Origin: an uncultured bacterium
Lineage (GTDB): Bacteria > Muiribacteriota > Ozemobacteria > Ozemobacterales > Ozemobacteraceae
Direction of reading: 5' to 3'
Assembly: GCA_964474705.1 (NCBI GenBank)
Contig: CAYYUI010000002.1
Span: 5-64,004 of the forward strand
DNA: 64,000 nucleotides
How positions within the stretch are numbered: position 1 is the stretch's first letter; every line of letters begins with the position of its first letter. The notes beneath the pieces were generated by a model. That model saw only the letters and a list, made by a program, of their open reading frames with translations. It was not told the DNA's origin and ran no database searches. Positions 55,452-64,000 of the stretch are shown in pieces. The translations under genes and the position numbers were made by a program.

Positions 55452-56489
55452 ATGCTGAGAATTCACCGCTTTTTTGAAATTGCCATCGAACGCCAGGCCT
55501 CAGATCTTCATCTCAAGGCCGGGGCGCCGCCGATCATCAGGGTCGGAGGGCGACTTATTCAACTTCCTGAAGAACCGCTGGCTTATCAGGAAATGCCGAA
55601 TCTCTTTTTGCCGTTGATGGATGTTAAAGCACAGAGCGATCTACGTGCCCAGCATGAAGCGAACTTCATGGCCAGATACAAGAACCGCTGGCGGGTGCGC
55701 GCCTGCATTTTCAGCCAGCGCGGCTGCCTTTCCGGGGCTTTCCGTTTCATTCCCCTCTCGACGCCATCGATCGATGGTCTTGGCCTGCCACCGCTGCTCA
55801 AGGAAATAGCAGCGCGGCCGCGCGGCCTGTTTCTGGTAACCGGGCCGGCCAACTCGGGCAAAACCCATACTCTTGCAGCAATCGTCAACGAGATCAACCG
55901 TATCTCAGCCCGACACGTCATCACTATCGAAGACCCTATCGAATTTGTCTACCGCGAACGCAAGTCGATATTTACCCAGCGCGAAATCGGGGTAACCGCC
56001 AACGATTACCACAGCGCCCTGATGAATGCGCTACGAGAAGACCCCGACGTAATTCTGGTCGGTGAAATGCGTGATGTCGATACCATTGAAATGGTACTGA
56101 CTGCTGCCGAAACCGGTCATCTGGTCTTGTCGACCCTGCATACGGTCGGGGCGGTGCAGACTATCGATCGCATTATCAACATGTTTCCGGGGCATCGCCA
56201 CGAAGAAATCCGTACCCAGGTTTCGATGTCGCTGATCGGAATAATTTCGCAGATACTTCTGCCCAGTCTGCACAAGAAAGAACGGGTCATGGCTTATGAG
56301 CTGATGATAATGAACTCGGCCATGCGGAACCTGATCCGTGAAAAGAAGACCAACCAGCTTAAGTCTGCTCTGATGCTGGCGCGCAAGGACGGCTGCAAAA
56401 CCCTCAAAGACTCGCTCAACGAAATGCTCAAAGATGAACGTGTCGATGGCCGGCTGGTTTCGACGGTCATGAAGGAGATAGTAGAATGA
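55452..56489 (+). CDS. PilT/PilU-family retraction ATPase (canonical motifs), second copy
   Basis: Walker A GPANSGKTHT, Asp box IEDPIEF, Walker B DPDVILVGEMRD, His box LSTLHTVGA. The ATG at 55452 lies 13 nt after the pilT stop. Confidence 0.85.
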   Translation: MLRIHRFFEIAIERQASDLHLKAGAPPIIRVGGRLIQLPEEPLAYQEMPNLFLPLMDVKAQSDLRAQHEANFMARYKNRWRVRACIFSQRGCLSGAFRFIPLSTPSIDGLGLPPLLKEIAARPRGLFLVTGPANSGKTHTLAAIVNEINRISARHVITIEDPIEFVYRERKSIFTQREIGVTANDYHSALMNALREDPDVILVGEMRDVDTIEMVLTAAETGHLVLSTLHTVGAVQTIDRIINMFPGHRHEEIRTQVSMSLIGIISQILLPSLHKKERVMAYELMIMNSAMRNLIREKKTNQLKSALMLARKDGCKTLKDSLNEMLKDERVDGRLVSTVMKEIVE

Positions 56490-58633
56490 GTCACCATGAA
56501 ATCGAATCCTTCAGATATGTCAAAGCGGCCCGCCGCCTGATGAAACCTTCGACTGAACGACTCGAAGCGATGATCTACGAAGATTTTTCCGACGAACTCA
56601 AGTTTGAAGCATTACTGAGCCTCGGCAGAATCGGCGACCAGGATTCTTTGCAGACCCTGACTCGCGCGTTCAACGATTACCCGGATTACATCGAACCGGT
56701 AACTGCGCTGGGCCATTATCGAAGCAGTACCCCGGTGGCGAAACTTCTCGAACGTCTCCAGGACCCAGATTCATTGTTTAAAGAAGAAATTGTCAGGGTG
56801 CTGGGTGAAATCGGTGACCCGATGGCCACCCGGTCGCTAATGGAACTCCTGCATGACGAGGACCGCATGGTTCGCTACTATTCGGCACGGGCTCTGCATA
56901 AAATGGGGGGGCGCGATGTCGTTCAGGCTCTCTGCAGCCTTTTGAACGACCCGGATGAATGGATCGTCATCAACGTTCTCGAGATTCTTTCCAGTATGCG
57001 TGATCCTGAGGCAATTCCAGCCCTGGTGGGGCAATTTGAAATAGCCCGTGACTCGCGATTGAAGGCAATCATCATCTCGTCACTGGCAACGTTCTCAGAA
57101 GGTCGTCTGCTCAAAACCTTCGAAAGCGGCCTTGGGTCATTTGACCCACGTATTCAGGCCAATTCCGTCGAAGCGGTGTCGATGCTGAAAATTCCGGCGC
57201 TTGAAATGAAGCGCAAATTGAAAAAATTCTATGGGCATCCGAACAATCGGGTCAGGGCCAATCTATGTATTGCTCTTGCCAATGCCGATGCCGAGGCGGT
57301 TACCGAAGAACTTGCCGCGATGATGCAGAGTCGTGACGCACCGACCAGACGTTCGGCTGCCTATGTGCTGGCCCGCATCAACAACCCGAAGCGTGAAGAA
57401 TACGTGCACAAACTTCTGGCTGATGAAAATTTCGGGGTTAGAAAAATGGCTCTCAAAGCAGCTCTTGAACTCGGCGATCTGGTAGGAGCCCGTGAGATTC
57501 AGCCGCTTCTGGCTGATGAAAACCAGTGGGTGCGCCGTGAAGCTGTAGAATGTGCGACCCGCATCGACGATTTTCCTGATGATGCGGTGCTTGGCCTGTT
57601 TAAAAAGGAAGAAACGCCGCCGGTTATCGAAGTGCTGTTGAAATATATAGTAAAACGCAGGCTGGTTGCGGCAATACCGCAGATTTTCGAAAGAATCCGC
57701 AAGGAACCGGAAGAGGAAATGCCCTGGCTGATTGCGGCTCTTGGTCATCTGGGCGCACGCGAAGAGCTTGGCAAAGTCAAAAAGTTTCTTGGCGCGGTGC
57801 GCTCGAATGTTTACTCTGAATATTATCAGGCTTTGATGCTTAATGGCGAGTTGACGGTATTTGAAGAAATCGCCGGCGGCCTCAAAGACAGGAAACGTGA
57901 AAACGAGCTGATGGTTTGGGTTAAGATTTCCGGAGTCATCGGCGGTTTCATGCAGAGAACCGATGAGTTTTCCCGGGCTCTTTTGACATCGCTCGCCGAT
58001 GAGGTGCAGCGAGACATGGATGGAGTAACCGTTTTTGCCGATGCCGAAAAGGAAACTCCAGACCATAAGGCTCAGATGCAGGAGGGCCTGGCTCTGTTCG
58101 ACAGCCGTGATTTCAGCCGGGCCCGTGAAATTTTCGAGAAGGTTTATAAGGCGAGGCCGAAAGATTTCGAAGCCGGGTTCCATCTGGCGAACTGCTTGTA
58201 CAATCTAGGTGAAATGCCCCGTTCCCAGGAAATCCTCGAGAAGATCATTCACCACAATCATGGGCAGGTTGAAGCGGGAATTCTACTTGGGCAGATCTAC
58301 TTCAGGCGCAAGGAATGGGCCAAACTTGCCGGTTGCTACGAAAAACTCAGGAAGCATGTTCAGGCCGACGACAAAAAGAACATCATCAAGGTCTATGGGG
58401 CTCTCGGGCTTGCCTATTTCAACCAGAAAAAATACGTCGAGGCGATCGAGGCTCTCAATCTCGGTTTGCAGGCAAATCCGCGTGATCTGTCGTCTTCTTA
58501 TCATCTCGCTCTCTGTTACTACTCGGTTGGCGAAACTGAAAAAGCCCGGCGTATTCTCGAAACGCTGCGCAAAACACTTCCCGCCGACAGCCAGGTGCTC
58601 AAGAACGTCATCGAGCTGCTGCAGCGCATTTAA
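56486..58633 (+). CDS. HEAT (PBS-lyase-type) repeat plus TPR repeat protein, paralogue of 51833..54220
   Basis: HEAT-like units (DPRIQANSVEAV; NNRVRANLCIALA; DAPTRRSAAYVLARI; DENQWVRREAVEC), then C-terminal TPR units. Its ATG overlaps the stop of the upstream ATPase (ATGA). Confidence 0.75.
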   Translation: MSHHEIESFRYVKAARRLMKPSTERLEAMIYEDFSDELKFEALLSLGRIGDQDSLQTLTRAFNDYPDYIEPVTALGHYRSSTPVAKLLERLQDPDSLFKEEIVRVLGEIGDPMATRSLMELLHDEDRMVRYYSARALHKMGGRDVVQALCSLLNDPDEWIVINVLEILSSMRDPEAIPALVGQFEIARDSRLKAIIISSLATFSEGRLLKTFESGLGSFDPRIQANSVEAVSMLKIPALEMKRKLKKFYGHPNNRVRANLCIALANADAEAVTEELAAMMQSRDAPTRRSAAYVLARINNPKREEYVHKLLADENFGVRKMALKAALELGDLVGAREIQPLLADENQWVRREAVECATRIDDFPDDAVLGLFKKEETPPVIEVLLKYIVKRRLVAAIPQIFERIRKEPEEEMPWLIAALGHLGAREELGKVKKFLGAVRSNVYSEYYQALMLNGELTVFEEIAGGLKDRKRENELMVWVKISGVIGGFMQRTDEFSRALLTSLADEVQRDMDGVTVFADAEKETPDHKAQMQEGLALFDSRDFSRAREIFEKVYKARPKDFEAGFHLANCLYNLGEMPRSQEILEKIIHHNHGQVEAGILLGQIYFRRKEWAKLAGCYEKLRKHVQADDKKNIIKVYGALGLAYFNQKKYVEAIEALNLGLQANPRDLSSSYHLALCYYSVGETEKARRILETLRKTLPADSQVLKNVIELLQRI

Positions 58634-58649
58634 TTAAAGAGGTCGCAAA

Positions 58650-59696
58650 ATGTCAGAATTGTTGAAAGTATGTCAGCTGGTCAAGGTTAAGGGGGCTTCA
58701 GATATCCACCTCTACCCGGATCAGCCGGTGTTTTACCGCCTGTACGGCCAGATCGAAAAGCTCGATACGGTGCAGCTCAGCGAAGACCAGATAAAGAAGA
58801 TCATTCTCGAAACCAGCACCCCGAAAGCCCGTGAAATTCTCGGTAAGCAACGCCAGGTAACTTATGCCGAAGAAGTGCCTACCGTTGGGCGCCTCAGGTT
58901 TTCAGTGTTTCTCGACAAAGGAAAGTTTGCCATCGCCATACGTTTTATCAGCGAGAAATTTTTCGAACTCGATGAGCTTGGCTTTGCCGAGGGAATCCGC
59001 AAGGTGATTTCGCAGCCATCTGGTCTGGTGCTGGTGGGCAGCCCTTCCGGGGAAGGAAAAACCACAACCATTGCTGCGATGCTCAATTTTATCAACCGGC
59101 ATTTCGAAAAAAGCATTTTTACCATCGAGAATCCCGTAGAATACGTGTTCTCAGATGATAAGGCCGCTTTCATCCAGCGTAGTATTCCGGTCGATATTTC
59201 AAATTTTTACAACGGTCTCTGCGAAGCCTATCGGGTTGATCCCGACGTCGTCGTATCTGATTCCATCAATTATTCCGATGCCATGGATCAGGCCCTGACC
59301 CTTTGCGAGTCCGGCTGCATGGTAATCGGTTCCACTGAAGGTGGGGACTGTCAGCAGATTCTCGAGCGTCTGATCAACTGCCGTGAGCCGGCAGGCCGTG
59401 AAGCTTTGCGGGCAAGAATCGCCGCGCAACTGAAGATGATTGTCAGTCAGCGCCTGATTCCGCGCGAAGATAAGACCGGCAGAGTTGCCATCTTCGATAT
59501 CATGATCAACACGCCGCAGATGAAAGCCCTGGTTCGCAACAATAACATGAGCATGTTTCGTGCTCTGCAGGGGCAGGGAGAAATCGCCGGCATGAAGACC
59601 TTCGATTCACAGCTGGCGCACCTGGTGAGAAAACGCATTATCAGTCAGAGAGTTGGGGCCGAATACGCGATCGATAAGTCGCGGATTAACAGTTAA
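58650..59696 (+). CDS. PilT-like ATPase paralogue with degenerate catalytic motifs (probable pseudo-ATPase)
   Basis: PilT N-domain is retained (ASDIHLYPDQPVFYRLYG). The P-loop is GSPSGEGKTTT, with the first Gly shifted. The Asp box is IENPVEY (D to N). Walker B is DPDVVVSDSINY, with the catalytic Glu and the Arg lost. The His box is GSTEGG, with His lost. AAAGAGG SD. Confidence 0.75.
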   Translation: MSELLKVCQLVKVKGASDIHLYPDQPVFYRLYGQIEKLDTVQLSEDQIKKIILETSTPKAREILGKQRQVTYAEEVPTVGRLRFSVFLDKGKFAIAIRFISEKFFELDELGFAEGIRKVISQPSGLVLVGSPSGEGKTTTIAAMLNFINRHFEKSIFTIENPVEYVFSDDKAAFIQRSIPVDISNFYNGLCEAYRVDPDVVVSDSINYSDAMDQALTLCESGCMVIGSTEGGDCQQILERLINCREPAGREALRARIAAQLKMIVSQRLIPREDKTGRVAIFDIMINTPQMKALVRNNNMSMFRALQGQGEIAGMKTFDSQLAHLVRKRIISQRVGAEYAIDKSRINS

Positions 59697-59709
59697 AGGG
59701 GACTGCAGC

Positions 59710-60750
59710 ATGGATATCCGCAAAATGATCGAAAAAGTAAAGACCGCAGGCGGCACCGAGCTGCATCTTAAGGTTGGTGCCAAACCCCTGATGCGCCGCA
59801 ACAAGTTTCTCCGCCACATGGAACTGCCGATTCTGCACGAAGACGATATGTCAACTCTGATCAAAGATCTCCTCAACGATGAAGACCGCCAGAAATTCGC
59901 CAGACTCAGTTCTTTCGAAGCGAACTTCTTTGGCAAACCGCCCTGTAACTTTCGTCTTACCCTTTTTCATTCGCAACAGAAGCCGGTCGCCCTGATCAAA
60001 ATCATCAACAACAAGATTCCCAGTCTCGAAGAAATCAGGTTTCCTGACGCTCTTACACCGATTATCGATGCCCGCAAGGGTATTTTCATAATCGCAGGGC
60101 CTGCCAGATCAGGCATTTCAACCTCGCTTGCCGCAATCGTGGAGCGCATTAACCAGATGCATCCACGGCATGTGCTGATCATCGAAGATCCGATCGAATT
60201 CAACTTTGAACCCAAGCGCTGCCGCATTTCTCAGAGGCAGTTCCGCAAGGATATCAACCAGATCGAGCAGGGCATCAACTTTGCCAAGCGTATGGATGTG
60301 GATGTCCTGGTGATTGGCGATCTCAAACGGGAAATTCCATTTCGGAACATTGTGGAATACGTTGCCGGCGGTCATTTTGTCATTCTGAGCATGCAGACGC
60401 TTGGAATTGTCAACACTCTCGAAAAATTCATCTTCTCATTTCCCGAGCCTGACCGTGAATATGTCTGTCAGGTGCTGGCTGAAAATCTGCAGGGAATCTG
60501 TTCGCAGATGCTGATTGCCGATATGGGCGGCAAGCGCGTGGTGCCTGTTCACGAGACTCTGGTAATGAACAACACTGCGATGAGCATTGTTCAGAAAGGC
60601 AAAATTTCACAGCTTGAACCCAATATCACCAGTGTCGGGCCGGGTAGCCAGCTGTTTGCGCAGGTCGTTCAGAAGCTCTATCTCAAAAACGATCTCGAGC
60701 GCACCGCCGGCGAAGATTTTCTCGATTTCTACCGTGGGGCCAGGGGGTAA
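59710..60750 (+). CDS. PilT-like ATPase paralogue with P-loop Lys lost (probable pseudo-ATPase)
   Basis: Walker A is AGPARSGISTS, with the Lys replaced by Ile. Walker B is DVDVLVIGDLKR, with Glu lost. The His box is LSMQTLG, with His replaced by Gln. The Asp box IEDPIEF is retained. AAAGGGGA SD before the ATG at 59710. Confidence 0.75.
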   Translation: MDIRKMIEKVKTAGGTELHLKVGAKPLMRRNKFLRHMELPILHEDDMSTLIKDLLNDEDRQKFARLSSFEANFFGKPPCNFRLTLFHSQQKPVALIKIINNKIPSLEEIRFPDALTPIIDARKGIFIIAGPARSGISTSLAAIVERINQMHPRHVLIIEDPIEFNFEPKRCRISQRQFRKDINQIEQGINFAKRMDVDVLVIGDLKREIPFRNIVEYVAGGHFVILSMQTLGIVNTLEKFIFSFPEPDREYVCQVLAENLQGICSQMLIADMGGKRVVPVHETLVMNNTAMSIVQKGKISQLEPNITSVGPGSQLFAQVVQKLYLKNDLERTAGEDFLDFYRGARG

Positions 60751-60752
60751 TT

Positions 60753-61133
60753 ATGAACAGCAGCCGTGGCAGAAGAGGTTTCACGCTTGTCGAAATGAGC
60801 GTCGTCGTGGCCATAATCGGGGTGCTTTATGCAACCGTGGTGCCTGTTTATGGCAAAACAATTATGCGTGCCCGTGAAACAGCGCTTAAAAACAGCCTGC
60901 ATACCTTCCGCATTACCCTCAACAATTATTACAAAGATCACGAAAAATGGCCTGAAAAACTCGATGTGCTGGTGACTGAAGGTTACATCCGGGCTGTTCC
61001 GGCAGACCCTTTTACGGATCGCAGTGATACCTGGTTGGTTGTGCCCTCTGAACCCGGTTTGTCAGATGTTTACGACATCAAATCGGGTGCTGAAGGTGCC
61101 AGTCTCGATGGTGTACCTTATGCAGATTTCTGA
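60753..61133 (+). CDS. GspG-like major pseudopilin (type II secretion / type IV pilin fold)
   Basis: N-terminus RRGFTLVEMSVVVAIIGVLYATVVPVY is a class III signal with Glu at +5. Length 126 aa. The C-terminal region resembles GspG (ITLNNYYKDHEKWPEKLDVLV...PADPFTD). AGGGGG SD. Confidence 0.75.
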   Translation: MNSSRGRRGFTLVEMSVVVAIIGVLYATVVPVYGKTIMRARETALKNSLHTFRITLNNYYKDHEKWPEKLDVLVTEGYIRAVPADPFTDRSDTWLVVPSEPGLSDVYDIKSGAEGASLDGVPYADF

Positions 61134-61500
61134 GCGTTCCGGAATTTCACTGCTGGTGCTGACGGTTGCTCTGGTTCTTATGGCTATTGGTCTTTCAGTC
61201 GTCATTCCGCGTGCTGATCTTGAGGTCAGACGCAGTCACGAAGAAGATCTGCGCTTCAAGCTCGGTGAATTCCGCCGGGCGGTAAGCAAATTTGCCAGAT
61301 GCAATGGCCGGCAGCCTGCCAATCTTGATGAACTGCTATGCGATGCTGGTGGGCGAAAGTTTCTGCGCCGGGCTTATGTCGATCCGATGACCGGTGCCTT
61401 CGACTGGCAGTGGGGTATTGCTTCCGATGGGGTGTTTGCGGTGCATTCTGCAAGCCAGCAGCCAGGAATCAACGGCGTGCCTTACAGCGCTTTTCGTTAA
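61120..61500 (+). CDS. minor pseudopilin-like protein
   Basis: N-terminus ERSGISLLVLTVALVLMAIGLSVV (G|ISLLV + hydrophobic helix). Its ATG at 61120 overlaps the GspG-like stop. The track's start at 61024 lies inside the upstream gene. Confidence 0.55.
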   Translation: MQISERSGISLLVLTVALVLMAIGLSVVIPRADLEVRRSHEEDLRFKLGEFRRAVSKFARCNGRQPANLDELLCDAGGRKFLRRAYVDPMTGAFDWQWGIASDGVFAVHSASQQPGINGVPYSAFR

Positions 61501-61503
61501 CCG

Positions 61504-63186
61504 TCAGGCAGCCGCGCGTTTTTCGAGCAGACTGCGGGCGAATTCGCGGCCCTGACTGTCGGTCTGACCAAGCATACGGGCAATTTCCTCAACCCGCTCT
61601 GCATTTTCAACGCGCCTGATCATGACGGTCGTCTGGTCATTTTCGACACTTTTGCTGACCGTAAAATGGTGGTTGCCTTCTTTGGCGATCTGATGCAGAT
61701 GAGTGACGAGCAAAACCTGCTTTTCGTTGCCGAGGCTGCGCAGGCTTTCGGCAACAGCTTCAGCAGTCTTTCCCCCGATCCCGGCGTCGATTTCGTCGAA
61801 TACCAGAGTCGGCAGGGCATCACAACTGGCCAGAACCTTCTTTATCGCCAGAGCAACTCTTGAGAGTTCCCCGCCGGAAGCGATTTTGCGCAGAGGGCCG
61901 CCCGGCGAACCGGGGTTGAGAGAAACCATAAATTCGATGCTTTCGGCACCCGAAGCGCCGGGGGTAACCGGCATGAGTTCGGCTTTGAAAACCGCAGCGT
62001 TGAAGCCGAGACTTGCCATTTCACGCGATACCTTTTTATTGAGGGCTTCAGCAAGTTTCTGGCGTTCACGGCTTGTCGTGCTGACGAGTTCCTGGAAACG
62101 GCGATCGACGGCGCTGAGCTCTTTTTTCAAACGATCGCGGGTGAGATCGGGTGCGAGTAATTCTTCAAGTTCAGCGCTGATGGTGTTCTTGAGATCAAAC
62201 AAGCCGGCAAAATCTGTGGCATATTTCCGGCAGGCTTTCGAAATGGCGGCCAGTCTTTCCTGAATCTGGTTGAGGCGCTCTGGGTCGAGATCAGTGTTTT
62301 CGGCAAGGGCCTCGAGATCGCCTTCGAGAGCTTTCAGTTCATAATAAGCATTATTACAGCGCTGATAGGCATCTTCAAAGTCCCGGTCGAGACCGGCTAT
62401 CTTTTTAAGCTGTTCGGCGGCCCGGTAGGACTGCATGGTCGCACCGGTCTGCTCTTCGCTGCCTGTAAGAATGCCGACGGCTGTCTGCAGGCTGTTGATG
62501 ATAGCCTCTGAATTACTCAGTTTTTTCAGATGCTCTTTGAGTTTTGCCTCTTCGTCGGGATCGCTAAGGTTCAGGGCACTGAGTTCCTGCATGGAAGCCT
62601 GCAGTTCGTCGATACGGTTGGCAGACTGCTGCTGGCGGTTTTCGAGGTCAAGAAGTTTTTCGGTGAGGGTCTGACGCTCGTGATGGACGCGACGCAATTC
62701 GGCAAGACTGCTGCGAAACTGTGAAGACCCGGTTCGGTCGAGAAGCTGCTTCTGAACATCCGGCAGCAGCAGGGTCTGGTGCTCATTCTGCCCGTGGATT
62801 TCCATGAGGAAAGGGCCGAGCTGCTTGAGGAAGGCGGCGGTGGTCAGGATTCCGTTTACCAGAACACGCCCGGTTCCTTCTTCTTTGAATGTCCGGCTGA
62901 TGGCAAGCGTCTGCGGTTCTTCTTCATTGCGAAAACCTGATTCCTCGAGAAAGGCGGCCAGCTCAGCGTGCCCTGAGATGTCGAATTCGGCACCGATTTT
63001 TGCAGATGTCTGGCCGGGTAAAACAAGCCCGGTGCGGGCCTTTTTCCCGAGGAGCAGCTTGACTGCTTCGAGAAGGACGCTTTTTCCGGCTCCGGTTTCA
63101 CCGGTGATGACGTTGAGGCCGGGCGAAAAAGCCAGTTCGGCTTTGGGCATGAAAAGAAAGTTTTCAAGAAGAATGGCTCGGATCAT
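61504..63186 (-). CDS. recN: DNA repair protein RecN
   Basis: N-terminal Walker A NVITGETGAGKS. Long central coiled coil. C-terminal signature GELSRVALA and Walker B LVFDEIDAGIGG. Confidence 0.9.
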   Translation of the reverse strand: MIRAILLENFLFMPKAELAFSPGLNVITGETGAGKSVLLEAVKLLLGKKARTGLVLPGQTSAKIGAEFDISGHAELAAFLEESGFRNEEEPQTLAISRTFKEEGTGRVLVNGILTTAAFLKQLGPFLMEIHGQNEHQTLLLPDVQKQLLDRTGSSQFRSSLAELRRVHHERQTLTEKLLDLENRQQQSANRIDELQASMQELSALNLSDPDEEAKLKEHLKKLSNSEAIINSLQTAVGILTGSEEQTGATMQSYRAAEQLKKIAGLDRDFEDAYQRCNNAYYELKALEGDLEALAENTDLDPERLNQIQERLAAISKACRKYATDFAGLFDLKNTISAELEELLAPDLTRDRLKKELSAVDRRFQELVSTTSRERQKLAEALNKKVSREMASLGFNAAVFKAELMPVTPGASGAESIEFMVSLNPGSPGGPLRKIASGGELSRVALAIKKVLASCDALPTLVFDEIDAGIGGKTAEAVAESLRSLGNEKQVLLVTHLHQIAKEGNHHFTVSKSVENDQTTVMIRRVENAERVEEIARMLGQTDSQGREFARSLLEKRAAA

Positions 63187-63188
63187 GA

Positions 63189-64000
63189 TCAGAAAATTCT
63201 GCGGTTGCGCGATATGCCCGGGTCTGCCGGAGTCCAGAAAACTTTTCTGACGCCGAGAGCGGTATTACCGGCTCTGACGGTGGAAATTTCCTTGAGGGTG
63301 GTAAGAATATTTTTTTTGCGAGCTTCAGAAGGCGTATTTTTTCGCATCAGGGCGCTGATCTGAGTCGGGTTGATCGGCCCTTCAAGCGGCAGCAGATTCT
63401 TCTCTGGCGGTGGAGCGACTACCGTAACCGCTTCAGGAGTTGCTGCAACTATGATCGGTTTCTGGTCGGGTTCTGGTGGAACCTGAATGCCGGGGCCTGC
63501 GTAGCCGAGGGATTCAAGACGGGTGCCGGGGTAGTAAAAAGCAAGAATCTGGCGGGCACTGTAACCAGCCAGGGCCATGCCGATCGCGCCATCCTGGCAC
63601 ATGCCGACGCGGTGCCCGTAATTTTTGCTGACAAGTTTGCGGGCATTCCAGGGCAGAGGCTTCACCTTCAACTGTGGATCAGGCTTGGGAAATTTTCCGG
63701 TCGGTTTGTTCTGGCGATAGCGGTTGCCGTATGAGCAGAATGGGTCTTCGCCTGGAGGCCCGTCGAAATGACTGACCAGGTATGGAATCTCACTGCCGGA
63801 CCAGGCAGCTTTGCTGCTGATAAGATAGCCGCCGCAGTTAGAATGATAAACGGTATTTGCAGGAGCTTTGGCGAAGGAAAGAATCTGCCCCTCGGTCTTT
63901 TTTACTGCTTTTGAGGCCAGTTGCGTTTCTCTGAGGATGCCGGTGTAAACCTGGCAGTGAACTGTGTCGCAGACCTGGTAGCGCTGATCTTTTCCATGAC
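63189..64000 (-). CDS. SpoIID/LytB-domain protein, 5'-truncated at the window edge
   Basis: The frame is open to position 64000 with no stops in my manual translation of 63672..64000. SpoIID-type motifs YHSNCGG and HRVGMCQDGA are present. The track's TTG start at 63671 is internal. Confidence 0.7.
   Translation of the reverse strand, partial: HGKDQRYQVCDTVHCQVYTGILRETQLASKAVKKTEGQILSFAKAPANTVYHSNCGGYLISSKAAWSGSEIPYLVSHFDGPPGEDPFCSYGNRYRQNKPTGKFPKPDPQLKVKPLPWNARKLVSKNYGHRVGMCQDGAIGMALAGYSARQILAFYYPGTRLESLGYAGPGIQVPPEPDQKPIIVAATPEAVTVVAPPPEKNLLPLEGPINPTQISALMRKNTPSEARKKNILTTLKEISTVRAGNTALGVRKVFWTPADPGISRNRRIF

Noticed and set aside
1-64000. tRNA/rRNA genes, CRISPR arrays, transposases/integrases, prophage genes
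   Set aside because: I scanned for tRNA T-arm-like GGTTCGAATCC patterns, regularly spaced direct repeats, and DDE/tyrosine-recombinase-like ORFs. None were found. The only composition anomaly is the 16.06..19.1 kb island, which lacks mobility genes.

Overview
This is a 64 kb chromosomal segment of moderate to high GC content from what is probably an anaerobic bacterium. It contains an [FeFe]-hydrogenase maturase (HydF), multi-cluster ferredoxins, TPR/HEAT-repeat proteins and type IV pilus / T2SS-like components. There are no rRNA or tRNA genes, no CRISPR array, and no transposase or integrase genes. Most of the window is ordinary gene content.

The recognisable housekeeping and transport genes are: tspO, aroK, mazG, gamma-carbonic-anhydrase-like, mscS-family, tauE/safE, fabH, a dnaE2/imuC-like polymerase, moeA, recD2, rsmD, recG, recN and a partial SpoIID/LytB-like gene. 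Many secreted or membrane hypothetical proteins are scattered among them. Four further loci stand out, in decreasing order of interest.

1. A translationally coupled operon at 54365..61500. It encodes two canonical PilT/PilU-type retraction ATPases and a HEAT(PBS-lyase)-TPR protein, then two PilT paralogues with degenerate Walker A, Walker B, Asp-box and His-box motifs, which are likely pseudo-ATPases. It ends with a GspG-like major pseudopilin and a second pseudopilin. It is preceded by a divergent paralogous HEAT-TPR gene and a near-consensus sigma70 promoter that seems to produce a leaderless pilT mRNA. This looks like an undescribed PilT-pseudoATPase/HEAT-TPR module of a type IV filament system.

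2. Two tandem, overlapping paralogous membrane sensor-HAMP-PP2C (SpoIIE/RsbU-type) phosphatases of about 965 aa each.

3. A low-GC island (about 16.06..19.1 kb) that carries a single 830-aa Trp/Cys-rich secreted hypothetical protein behind an AT-rich promoter with direct repeats.

4. A second pseudopilin locus (three genes) downstream of two large secreted proteins.

Smaller oddities:
- A 640-nt gap between convergent genes that contains a perfect palindrome.
- An SD-preceded 42-aa Cys peptide.
- A lone ImuC-like polymerase with a degenerate PHP domain.
- An ArsP-like permease paired with a thioredoxin-like protein.

All gene calls rest on motif recognition by eye; no database search was possible.
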